Virus record (IMG/VR): IMGVR_UViG_3300046522_000750
Source of the DNA: a virus
Taxonomy: Duplodnaviria > Heunggongvirae > Uroviricota > Caudoviricetes
Reading direction: 5' to 3' (one strand)
Length of the DNA: 64,000 nucleotides
Positions 47,267 through 55,426 of the stretch are shown here, one piece after another (positions within the stretch are counted from its first letter, which is position 1; each line of letters opens with the position of its first letter). The position numbers and the translations under genes were made by a program. A model generated the notes under the pieces. That model searched no databases. It was not told the DNA's origin and saw only the letters and a program-made list of their open reading frames with translations.

Positions 47267-47295
47267 ATGCCTTATAAATCAGGAGGAATTGCAGC

Positions 47296-47673
47296 ATGAG
47301 TTCGAGAATTGTCGGCTACCAAGTCCATGATCATCGCGGTAACCATTGGGCTGACCGCTCCTCCTTCGAGATCCTTACCGAAGAAACCGCGCTCAACGAT
47401 CTGAAGGCTGCCCGCAATGGCCAAGGTTGCTGGCTCATGACCGCCATTCTGGATGGCGACATCGAGAAACCCACGTTTGAAGCGGGTGGCCCACAGGTGC
47501 GCTACTCGACATCCGAGATTGCCGCTTTGGTACAAGCTGCCGAGCCATTGGCCGAACTGCTGTTTGATGATCACCCGGACGGTAAGGTCTTTAGCCTTGA
47601 AGTCGACGGCGGTGAAGTGACACGTCTTAAAAAGGCGCTTGGCCCTTTTAAAGAACAACCGGCGAAGTCTTAA
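47296..47673 (+). CDS. Hypothetical protein
   Basis: AGGAGG RBS. Confidence 0.8.
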   Translation: MSSRIVGYQVHDHRGNHWADRSSFEILTEETALNDLKAARNGQGCWLMTAILDGDIEKPTFEAGGPQVRYSTSEIAALVQAAEPLAELLFDDHPDGKVFSLEVDGGEVTRLKKALGPFKEQPAKS

Positions 47674-47682
47674 GGAACGTTC

Positions 47683-48216
47683 ATGTCTCTGAGCGCTGAA
47701 CACCTCGCCGGGCCGACAGGCACCGACCAGCTTTACGTGATGGCAGTGCAAATCCCTCATGAGCAAGCTACCAGTTACCTTCTGGAGCTTTACGCGGTCT
47801 ACACGCCGCAACGCGTAGCGCTTGAAAACGGCCTCTCCCTGATTGCAGTAGATCAGGCCTGCTTTGTCGTTTTTTGCCGAAACCGTGCTTACGATGCTGC
47901 GATCATGGGACAGCCCCTTACCCGGCATAAAGCCGGCCAACTTCTGGCTCGCACCCTGGAGCACGCCAAAGGTCGCTCTGAAAAGGTCTGCGCCGTGTAT
48001 GACGCTTTAAATTCTGAGCGGGACATTGCCCTCGGTGAAAATGAAAGAGAGGGCTGGGAGCTGACGGCAGAGGGCCGCATTCAGTACCTGGAATCGGCAG
48101 GCCTGCTCAATTGCCAGCAAGATGCCAATGGGTATGTGGTAGCCCAGGCCTCCAAAGGCAGTGTGCGACACGCCGAAGCGCTGGCCTTCGATCAGCGCAT
48201 GCGCGCCGAAGACTGA
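47683..48216 (+). CDS. Hypothetical protein; C-terminus resembles the repeat unit of 6278
   Basis: AAGGA RBS; EGWEL...RIQ...A-KGS--H--AL. Confidence 0.75.
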   Translation: MSLSAEHLAGPTGTDQLYVMAVQIPHEQATSYLLELYAVYTPQRVALENGLSLIAVDQACFVVFCRNRAYDAAIMGQPLTRHKAGQLLARTLEHAKGRSEKVCAVYDALNSERDIALGENEREGWELTAEGRIQYLESAGLLNCQQDANGYVVAQASKGSVRHAEALAFDQRMRAED

Positions 48217-48242
48217 TCCCCAATCCAACTGGAGCTTACAAC

Positions 48243-48785
48243 ATGACGTTGAGCAAGCATGAATTCGAACACCGTGATGCTAGTGACTACACCTCTGGCG
48301 TGGCTGATACTCCTATCAAGGTCATTCTGCTCGATGGATCTCCTGGCCAGTGGCTGATCAGCCCTACCCTGACCTGTCGTGAAGGTGAGATCAATGACCA
48401 CGAAGCCGAGAAAAAGCCCCTCTTTGAGTTGCTGAGTCAGCCTGAAGTGCTGGAGTCACTTCGGGATCAAATGACCGGCGAAATCACCTTCATTGCGCGC
48501 AAGGGCGGCGTGTTTGGTCTGCTGTTTGAGATCGAGCGCGAATGTCAGGAGTCCGATGGCTTTCCACCGCTACCTGGCTGCCAGCCTGCTGCTCGTGAAG
48601 ACGTCATTGAAAACTTGCTGAGTAAACTCAACGCTGAAGCCCATCGCTTTCCTGGGGTTGAGTTCTGTATCCCAAGCGAATCCGAGATCTACAACGAGCG
48701 CGTCGGTGTGTGGGCCTTCGTGCCGAATGGCGAGCTGCTACCAGACCCTCTGGAAGAACTGGCCGATGTCCTGAAGGCTCTCTGA
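48243..48785 (+). CDS. Hypothetical protein, paralog of 46649
   Basis: GGAG RBS. Confidence 0.85.
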   Translation: MTLSKHEFEHRDASDYTSGVADTPIKVILLDGSPGQWLISPTLTCREGEINDHEAEKKPLFELLSQPEVLESLRDQMTGEITFIARKGGVFGLLFEIERECQESDGFPPLPGCQPAAREDVIENLLSKLNAEAHRFPGVEFCIPSESEIYNERVGVWAFVPNGELLPDPLEELADVLKAL

Positions 48786-48789
48786 CAGT

Positions 48790-48853
48790 TTTGCATTTTT
48801 CTGCAAATTTTATTTACTGATATATTGCCAGGTCAGTTTAACTGACCTATAAT
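48790..48853 (+). promoter_or_regulatory. Class B promoter 3: box C + TTGCCA-[operator B]-TATAAT
   Basis: AGGTCAGTTTAACTGACCT at 48830-48848. Confidence 0.85.
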
Positions 48854-48896
48854 TCTCCCCATAAAGCAGGATAAGCCTGCATGGGGAGACACCTAG

Positions 48897-49094
48897 ATGG
48901 TCGCGAAAAACTGGCATGACGCCCTGCACATCCTCAAAGTGGTGAGCAGTCAACTCAACCGTGACGGCATCACCAATTTCTGCAATCAGGTCTGCGGTGG
49001 GGGCCAGTGCGGCACCGGCCCGATCTGCCCTACAGGCATCGACCCTACGACCAAAATGCCTTCGGTGATCATCCACCCGTTGAAAGCAGCATGA
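48897..49094 (+). CDS. Small Cys-rich protein
   Basis: GGGGAG RBS. Confidence 0.65.
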   Translation: MVAKNWHDALHILKVVSSQLNRDGITNFCNQVCGGGQCGTGPICPTGIDPTTKMPSVIIHPLKAA

Positions 49095-49546
49095 ACGGCT
49101 CAGTAAAGGCCAGCGGCCTGCTCCCCATCATCTTGATCAAACAGAAAGACCGCTCGATCAAGGGCACCCTGCCCTCCGGCCAAGTCGTGACCTGGCCTTC
49201 TGACCAATCCGGTCGCCCTACCCGCCGCAGCAAGAAGGTAATGCTCAACTGCTATTGGTGGGAGCCTGTATGGCTGGATGCAGAGCCTGACGCTGAAACT
49301 CTGCGTACAGAGCGTGAAAAGAACGCCAATGCCGTATTCGAGCAGTATGACTTTGGTGTCGAGGTGGATGAGGCCGGTGGCTGGGATACCTCTGAGCCTC
49401 TGAACTACACCCGAATGGTTTACGGGGAAGGTGCCCGTTTCAATCTTCATATCCTGTTCCACCCATACTCAGCGGTCGTGGTTGAGGGCTTTGCCTACAA
49501 CATGGCCAGCGGTGCCCGGATCAACAGCTACCCAGCGCCCTTTTAA
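49091..49546 (+). CDS. Hypothetical protein
   Basis: ATGA overlap. Confidence 0.75.
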   Translation: MNGSVKASGLLPIILIKQKDRSIKGTLPSGQVVTWPSDQSGRPTRRSKKVMLNCYWWEPVWLDAEPDAETLRTEREKNANAVFEQYDFGVEVDEAGGWDTSEPLNYTRMVYGEGARFNLHILFHPYSAVVVEGFAYNMASGARINSYPAPF

Positions 49547-49561
49547 GGCCAGGAGTTCACG

Positions 49562-49819
49562 ATGAACCTCGTATTTTCGTACAGCCCGGAAGAAGACCAC
49601 AAACTGGCCGAGGCAGGTTTCACGTTCCTCGGCGCCTCGTACGACAACAAGAAGAGTGAGGTGCACGTTTTTCAGCTAATGAGCCTGAAAGAGTGCGAGG
49701 CGGATGAAAGTGACAAGAATCTTGATCGCCTGACAGAAAAAGCGGATCGACTGGTGAATCACAGCATCACGTTTGGCAGGCCGTCGACACCCAGCCATCT
49801 TTCTCTTGTGATCGGGTGA
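49562..49819 (+). CDS. Hypothetical protein
   Basis: AGGAG RBS; terminator at 49837-49862. Confidence 0.7.
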   Translation: MNLVFSYSPEEDHKLAEAGFTFLGASYDNKKSEVHVFQLMSLKECEADESDKNLDRLTEKADRLVNHSITFGRPSTPSHLSLVIG

Positions 49820-49889
49820 TCTGACTCGATCCGATCAAGCCGCCTCACTCAGGCGGCTTTTTCATGCCTGAAACTCAAGGGCCTTACGA

Positions 49890-49951
49890 TGTGCAATTTA
49901 CTGCAAAATGATTGTTTAGATATTGTCAGGTCAGTTTAACTGACCTATAAT
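49890..49951 (+). promoter_or_regulatory. Class B promoter 4: degenerate box C + TTGTCA-[operator B]-TATAAT
   Basis: AGGTCAGTTTAACTGACCT at 49928-49946. Confidence 0.85.
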
Positions 49952-49978
49952 TAGGCTCATCAAACAACGAGATCTCCC

Positions 49979-50440
49979 ATGGCCACCTTCAGCTTTATTC
50001 TCAATGATCAGCGGTACGGACATGGATCAGGTGAAGGTCGCTACGAGGTCACCTCAGCGTCCGGCGATAAATTTCCTTGCGATAACCTGGCTGCAGCTCT
50101 CAAGAAGGTGGAAGACTTGAACTTGATCGAATTGATCCAGAGTGCAGAGATGAGCCCCTGCCGCGCCATTAAACTCCACGTGGCACCTCTGTTTGCCAAT
50201 ACCGAGTTCCAGGCCTGGCTCGAATCGTCCAAGGCCATGACCTGGCACCAACGCGGCTTAGGCGCACCTACCGAGGACGATGCTGCCGACGTGGCAATAT
50301 TCGTAGATCCATCACTGTGCGGTGATGGGTCGGATTCGGATATGCCCGGTCACGATCTGGTCGTAGATCGGCTAAAAGCTCATTTTGGTGCTGGCCCATT
50401 CTCTGGCGAGCCTTTTATCGTTATCCTTTCCAATACTTAA
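49979..50440 (+). CDS. Hypothetical protein
   Basis: F-AWL...TWH--G...GDGSDSDMP. Confidence 0.8.
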   Translation: MATFSFILNDQRYGHGSGEGRYEVTSASGDKFPCDNLAAALKKVEDLNLIELIQSAEMSPCRAIKLHVAPLFANTEFQAWLESSKAMTWHQRGLGAPTEDDAADVAIFVDPSLCGDGSDSDMPGHDLVVDRLKAHFGAGPFSGEPFIVILSNT

Positions 50441-50487
50441 AAAATAAACGACGGCACCGGGACTCACTGGTGCCTTGGAGTCCACCC

Positions 50488-50793
50488 ATGCAGCAACCCA
50501 GCTCTCAAGCCTCAGTTCAACCCCCTCGCGGCTCTATCGAGCGCATTTTGCGTCATCTGGCGTTTGAAAACGCCAAGTTCGAGCCGTTTAACTTTGGCTT
50601 CGTGCGCTGCTACATGAAAAGACCAGGGATCGACGTCAGCAAGCTGGCAGGCCTGAATCGGTTCTTTGCCGAAGGCGGCCCCGCTTTCAACGCACCGTTT
50701 TTGTATTCAAAGAACCTCTACGACGAAGCGGTCGCAATGTTCGAGTACGCCACCCAGGAGCTGGGCACGCCGAGCGGTGAAACCGTTCACTGA
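50488..50793 (+). CDS. Hypothetical protein
   Basis: GGAG RBS. Confidence 0.7.
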   Translation: MQQPSSQASVQPPRGSIERILRHLAFENAKFEPFNFGFVRCYMKRPGIDVSKLAGLNRFFAEGGPAFNAPFLYSKNLYDEAVAMFEYATQELGTPSGETVH

Positions 50794-50811
50794 TCGCTGC
50801 ATGTAACGCCC

Positions 50812-50839
50812 AAGGCCCGCCTGATCAGCGGGCTTTTTT
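50812..50839 (+). terminator. Intrinsic terminator
   Basis: AAGGCCCGC...GCGGGCTTTTTT. Confidence 0.75.
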
Positions 50840-50844
50840 GTGGG

Positions 50845-51160
50845 TGCCGCAATGTCTCGCCAGGCAGGCCTCACCCGCGATGACCACGTCCGCCTAGCCT
50901 GCTAGCGCACGAATCCGTGTTTGGGTTGGGTTATGTGTTGTGGATCACTTCAGCCGGCCTGGCTCTGCCAGAAGGGTCGATTCCCCTCGATCAGCACTAC
51001 ACACAACTGCCTTTATGCTGCGAGGTCTGAGGCGTAGGCACTTGTCCATCAGGATTGTGCCTATGCGATGTGAGGCCAGGGAAGCCCTATGGCAAGGTTG
51101 GTGAAGAAAGCACGTCCTTGTAAAGACCAAGGGCTTAGAATGGCGTCAGCGCGACGAGCG
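50845..51160 (+). ncRNA. Candidate structured non-coding element
   Basis: No credible ORF; nested helices with G-T pairs favouring the plus strand. Confidence 0.4.
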
Positions 51161-51166
51161 CGAGGC

Positions 51167-51337
51167 TCAACGGGGGTTACGGTGCTTTCCGGTGCCGTGG
51201 CATGATGCGCAGATCGGACTGCCGTTGTGATCGTAGTGGCCAGAGCCATTGCAAGCCAGGCAAGGCTCATTGGGATCAGGCTGGCCAGCCAGACGTTTCT
51301 CAGCCATGGCTTTGGAGCGGCGCATTGTCTTGTTCAT
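51167..51337 (-). CDS. 56-aa stand-alone DnaJ-type zinc-finger protein
   Basis: Hand translation ...PCLACNGSGHYDHNGSPICASCHGTGKHRNPR; GGGGAG RBS. Confidence 0.75.
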   Translation of the reverse strand: MNKTMRRSKAMAEKRLAGQPDPNEPCLACNGSGHYDHNGSPICASCHGTGKHRNPR

Positions 51338-51584
51338 CGCTAGGACTCCCCTACTTTATTCACACATTGACCGATGAAGGTATCACCGCAGGCAGGAAAT
51401 TCAGCCGAGCGTTTGCCTTGAGATCCGCGAGCTTTGTGCATAGCCCACTCTGTGCGGCATGCATGGCGAACCTTACAACATCGAACTCAAAGGATTGCAC
51501 GCACCTGGAATCGACGGATCAGCTGGATCAATGTCCATGAGCCCACATGTCACACAAACAATTAACCGTAAAATACTTTATCGG

Positions 51585-51836
51585 TTAGCCATCGATTCTT
51601 TTTTTGCTTAATTCACCGGAATACTGAATCACCGCCCCGGCACAGAGCACGGTCAGCGAGCCAGTCACCAGCAAGCCGGCATAGGCCAGCAGACCGTGCG
51701 ATCCGATAGCCGTGTAGGCCAGATAGGTCAGGATACCCCCTGCCACTCCAGCGAAAGAAGAGACTCCAACCATCATGGCTGCACCGAGCTTTTCATCGGG
51801 ATTGAGTGCGTTTAAATGCTTCATGCTCATCTCCAA
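51585..51836 (-). CDS. Small membrane protein (2 TM)
   Basis: Hydrophobic segments. Confidence 0.7.
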   Translation of the reverse strand: MEMSMKHLNALNPDEKLGAAMMVGVSSFAGVAGGILTYLAYTAIGSHGLLAYAGLLVTGSLTVLCAGAVIQYSGELSKKRIDG

Positions 51837-51853
51837 GCCAATTCCCAGAAATC

Positions 51854-51880
51854 AAAAAGCCCCCTAATTTAGGGGGCTTT
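51854..51880 (-). terminator. Terminator after the mvaT-like gene
   Basis: AAAAAGCCCCCTAA-T-TTAGGGGGCTTT. Confidence 0.8.
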
Positions 51881-51894
51881 GCTGATCGATACGC

Positions 51895-52269
51895 TTAGGC
51901 AGCTTGAACCCAGCTTTCAACCACGTCGGCGCCGAACTGTTCTTTCCAGCCCTTCAGGGCTTTGTGGTTGCCACCCTTGGTTTCGATGACCTCGCCGTTG
52001 TGCGGGTTCTTGTAAACCTTGACGGTGCGAGCGCGGCGGGTTTTCTTGCCACCGGCAGCCTGGGTGCGAGCACCGGTAGCCAGTTCTGGGCACAGTTCCA
52101 GAGCCATTTCACGGCGGGAGATGCCACGGGCATCGCATTGTTCAGTGATCGACTTGAATACTTCCATGTGCGCTTGAACTTGTGGCTGCAGCTCTTGGGC
52201 GCGAGCGGTCAGCTCAGCGATGGAAGCTTCCAGTTGACGCAGTTCGTGTACTTTAGAAGTGGTGTTCAT
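51895..52269 (-). CDS. mvaT: MvaT/MvaU-family H-NS-like nucleoid protein
   Basis: RRARTVKVYKNPHNGEVIETKGGNHKALKGWKEQFGADVVESW is the MvaT DNA-binding domain. Confidence 0.92.
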   Translation of the reverse strand: MNTTSKVHELRQLEASIAELTARAQELQPQVQAHMEVFKSITEQCDARGISRREMALELCPELATGARTQAAGGKKTRRARTVKVYKNPHNGEVIETKGGNHKALKGWKEQFGADVVESWVQAA

Positions 52270-52563
52270 TTGGTCATCCTCGACAGCGTTGGTTAGTTAG
52301 GCTTAGTGCCTTGTTGTGTGAGATGAATATAAGGCTTAATTGCCAGAGTGTCAAACGCCTTTTTTCAAATAATTCAGCTTTTTTAGTTTAAACCGCAAAC
52401 TAACTACGAGTTGCTCAAAAAACAATCAAACTACTTTTTTGTGGACAAAAAAAAGCCCCTGTTACGGGGCTAGGCACTTGAGTTATCTCAGGCAAAAGCT
52501 CGGGGTAGAGCTAAATCTCGTCCAACGCTAATGAACGAAGTCTTGGCGGGCATAACAAGGGTG

Positions 52564-53082
52564 TTATGCCCAGTGTGGTCTTTCGTTTGTTTTTTCAAAC
52601 TCATCGGAAAAATCAGCGTTCGACCAAACGTCGTTGTGGTTTAGGCTTTCCAGCAAGTCTTCACGCCATTCTTTATTGAGAGGCGTCCAATCATCGCCGT
52701 CCAGCACATCGGCACGCAGAACGACTTGATCAACGGTGTCCAGGAGCAGCCGGCAAACGGCTGGGGCGTCTCCCTCTTTAAAGATGTGCTGCCACTCACC
52801 GTGCATGTAGCGCGTCATGGCATGTTCTTTAATGGCAAGATCAAGCAAAGACGCCTGGTCGTCACCGACAACAGCCCATGCCCCCAGGCTGGCCGGTAGA
52901 TTGGCAAGCATAAGACTACCTTTCGTACCCGTCATAATTGCGAGGTTACGAGACTGCAAGTGAAAGCCGTAAGACTTGACAAGCTCGATCTTTTGCTCGA
53001 TTGACAATGCCACTAGATTCATCCCCAAAAACTTTAGGCAGCCGTCAAAGACGACATAAACCAGATCTGACTGTTGAGTCAC
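52564..53082 (-). CDS. Hypothetical protein
   Basis: 172 aa. Confidence 0.7.
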   Translation of the reverse strand: MTQQSDLVYVVFDGCLKFLGMNLVALSIEQKIELVKSYGFHLQSRNLAIMTGTKGSLMLANLPASLGAWAVVGDDQASLLDLAIKEHAMTRYMHGEWQHIFKEGDAPAVCRLLLDTVDQVVLRADVLDGDDWTPLNKEWREDLLESLNHNDVWSNADFSDEFEKTNERPHWA

Positions 53083-53129
53083 TTTTGAAGAAAACAGCCA
53101 TCCATTTCTGACAACAGGCTAGGCCGCGT

Positions 53130-53429
53130 TTAAGCATGAGCCACTTGATCAATCCGATTCAAAAGCTCCATGGCCCAGACAGGCACATAAAACTTTGTCA
53201 TCCTGGAGATGCGGTCGTTTTCGTTGTGCAGCGTACCAAGACGGCTCGAGAACTGACTGAAATTCGCGCCGTGCATTTCGCACGCCACTTTCTTTTGAGT
53301 GCCGTTCACCAAATGCTCTCGCAAGGCCAGCTTGACTTTATCACCTTTGATCGAGGTGCCGGCCATGAGGAGGCAGAAGTGCTCCAGGGTAAACTCGCCT
53401 TTCTGATTGCTTTGGGTAGTCGTCATCAT
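53130..53429 (-). CDS. PapB/FocB-family transcriptional regulator
   Basis: G----EHF-LL---TSI--DKV-LALREHLVNG--KK-ACE-HG-N-SQFS--L--L; GAGGA RBS. Confidence 0.8.
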   Translation of the reverse strand: MMTTTQSNQKGEFTLEHFCLLMAGTSIKGDKVKLALREHLVNGTQKKVACEMHGANFSQFSSRLGTLHNENDRISRMTKFYVPVWAMELLNRIDQVAHA

Positions 53430-53550
53430 GATTTCCTCGGCTGCAGGGTACACGCTGCTATGCCATGTCTACTCACCCTTCATGGGTGAATGCTGTACGG
53501 CCTGCTGAGTCGCTATCAGGCCTCTATAGGCATGAATTATACCGATTAAC

Positions 53551-53569
53551 GGTATTCTGTCAATATACT
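53551..53569. promoter_or_regulatory. Operator A over the -35 of a TTGACA-17-TATAAT minus-strand promoter
   Basis: GGTATtctgtcaatATACT. Confidence 0.8.
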
Positions 53570-53711
53570 AGATACTACTTATCGCGTTTTGCACTTAACC
53601 GAATAACCACTTTCTCCCAGGCAACAAAAAAGGCTTTCTGGGAAAGCCTTTCTTTTTAAGCCAGAACCAGCAGGTGACTGCGCACCTAATGGGCGAGCTC
53701 CTTACAACAGA

Positions 53712-53864
53712 TCACGCCGCTGAAGCCGGCGCCAGGACGGCAATGGCGTCGAGCAGGGCCATCAGGGCCTTGGTGCCTTTGAGGCTTTGTTGAATACGGG
53801 TGCGAGCAGCAATGTCACCTTCCAGCCACTCTTTAGCCAATGGCAGCGCTTGTTTCTGATTCAT
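53712..53864 (-). CDS. Small hypothetical protein (50 aa)
   Basis: Hand-found MNQKQALPLAKEWLEGD...; AGGAG RBS. Confidence 0.65.
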   Translation of the reverse strand: MNQKQALPLAKEWLEGDIAARTRIQQSLKGTKALMALLDAIAVLAPASAA

Positions 53865-53935
53865 GTCGTCTCCTGAGACTTAACAAACAAAGGGGCAATC
53901 TTTCGATCACCCCTTAGGATCGTGCTTACTGCGTA

Positions 53936-54325
53936 TTAGGCAGCAGCGGTGGTGTCGGCGGCAGCTTTTTCAGTGCCTTTCGAGCCCCACTTGGTGATTT
54001 CCTGAACCACGATGCCTTTGTTGACGAACTGCTTTTCCACGCCTTCGCGGGTCTTGCCAGTGCGTTTCTGGCCGGTTTTCAGCTTGCCTTCCAGTTCCAG
54101 AACGCGGCCCTTGTTCAGGCGCTCGGTCAGCTTGACAGCTTTACCCTTGGCAGTGAACACCGAGCAGTTGTGGAACTGGGTGTTTTCTTTCTGATTGCCG
54201 TCCTTGTCGGTGTAGCTGTCGGAGGTCAGCAGGGTGAAGTTGACCACGTCCTGGGTGTCGCTCACGGAGCGCAATTCACCAGCTTTTACAACCAGACCAG
54301 CCAAAAGAATCTTGTTCATGTTCAT
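53936..54325 (-). CDS. ssb: Single-stranded DNA-binding protein lacking the acidic C-terminal tip
   Basis: MNKILLAG...ELR...VVNFTL-TSDSYTDKDG--KENTQFHNCSVF...L-KG----LEGKL-T. Confidence 0.85.
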   Translation of the reverse strand: MNMNKILLAGLVVKAGELRSVSDTQDVVNFTLLTSDSYTDKDGNQKENTQFHNCSVFTAKGKAVKLTERLNKGRVLELEGKLKTGQKRTGKTREGVEKQFVNKGIVVQEITKWGSKGTEKAAADTTAAA

Positions 54326-54411
54326 GTTCCTCGCGTTGGATTTGTGTGCCGCTGATTGGTTTTCATCAGCTAACGGTTAAGAGTATACGTTTGAGATACT
54401 CGTTCTGTCAA
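54326..54411 (-). repeat. Duplicated ssb promoter/leader, copy 1, with operator A (54382-54400)
   Basis: Near-identical to 55427-55490; TTGACA-18-TATACT. Confidence 0.85.
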
Positions 54412-54488
54412 CGACATTTTACTGAAATTGACAAATTTAATCTAAAATAACACTGAAGCATCAGGCGGCGCAATTTGGCCCACCTGGG

Positions 54489-54866
54489 TCACGCCGATTC
54501 AAACATGTACAGGCAGACCACTTGGGCCAGCCCCAATCGAAGGTGGTGAGGGTCATGCACGATCTTCCCGTTGAGACCGATGGTGGCATGCTTGTTACCA
54601 CGCTCAGACAGACCCAGGGCGATGTAGTGCTCATTCTGGACATAATCCCCAGGACGCTTCTTAACCAGCCGTTTTCCCTGCCCCAATGCCCAGTGCTCGA
54701 GAGCCTGCTTCCAGGCACCCTCAGGCATCTCCTCGAATTCAGGGATTTCAGTCAGCGGTAAATTGAACAAGCTGGCCACTGAGGCAGCCAGACAATTTCC
54801 ACGTAAACCTTCGGCAAGGGTTTTGGTTTGGTCAACAGGCGTCATGACAATGATCTCTCCAGACAA
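54489..54866 (-). CDS. Hypothetical protein (GNC--A--AS...H...HDP, possible cysteine-peptidase-like fold)
   Basis: 125 aa. Confidence 0.7.
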   Translation of the reverse strand: MSGEIIVMTPVDQTKTLAEGLRGNCLAASVASLFNLPLTEIPEFEEMPEGAWKQALEHWALGQGKRLVKKRPGDYVQNEHYIALGLSERGNKHATIGLNGKIVHDPHHLRLGLAQVVCLYMFESA

Positions 54867-54923
54867 AACTCAACCGGCCTAAGCCGGTTGGGTTATTCCA
54901 TTGGGTTATTAAAACCCTCTCGC

Positions 54924-55421
54924 TTAGTGCGAAAATGGAATATCGTCGTCGAACGAATCGAAGTCCGGCGCCGGCTGCGGAGTGACGTGTGCTTGTTGCT
55001 GAACACCAGCGGCACCCGCTTGATCAGCACCAGCTTCACGTACCGGGGTGTCGTCGCCAGCGGTGGCAACAGTGGCGTTCTTGCTGCCGGTCAGTTGCAG
55101 GTCGAACTGGCTGCCGATTTCCAGCAGGGCACTGGCGTAGACCACGCCGTCTTTTTCGTTCTTCTCGGTGATTTCCGGGTAAACCAGCTTGCCGATGGCC
55201 AGTACTGGTTGACCTTTCGAGAAGAACTCGATGGATTTGTCGAACTGGCCGAACTTGCCCCACAGGGTGGCGTCGACGAATTCAGCAGGACGTGGGTTGC
55301 CGTCTTTGTCCTTGCCTTCGTTGCAGGCAATGGTCAGCGCCATGAATTGACGGTCGCCAGCGGCGTTGGTGTGAAGGGTTGCGGCTTTAGCCAGGTTGCC
55401 TGCAGCAATAAAACGGTTCAT
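54924..55421 (-). CDS. ssb: Single-stranded DNA-binding protein with an acidic tail
   Basis: MNRFIAAGNL...F-D-TLWGK...KG-PV---GKL; C-terminal DFDSFDDDIPF-SH. Confidence 0.88.
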   Translation of the reverse strand: MNRFIAAGNLAKAATLHTNAAGDRQFMALTIACNEGKDKDGNPRPAEFVDATLWGKFGQFDKSIEFFSKGQPVLAIGKLVYPEITEKNEKDGVVYASALLEIGSQFDLQLTGSKNATVATAGDDTPVREAGADQAGAAGVQQQAHVTPQPAPDFDSFDDDIPFSH

Positions 55422-55426
55422 GTTCG

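Noticed and set aside
46554-49951. Four palindromic repeats as a CRISPR array or attC sites
   Set aside because: Spacing is 0.6-1.6 kb with whole genes between; each repeat is exactly a sigma70 spacer; no cas or integrase gene and no GTTRRRY ends.
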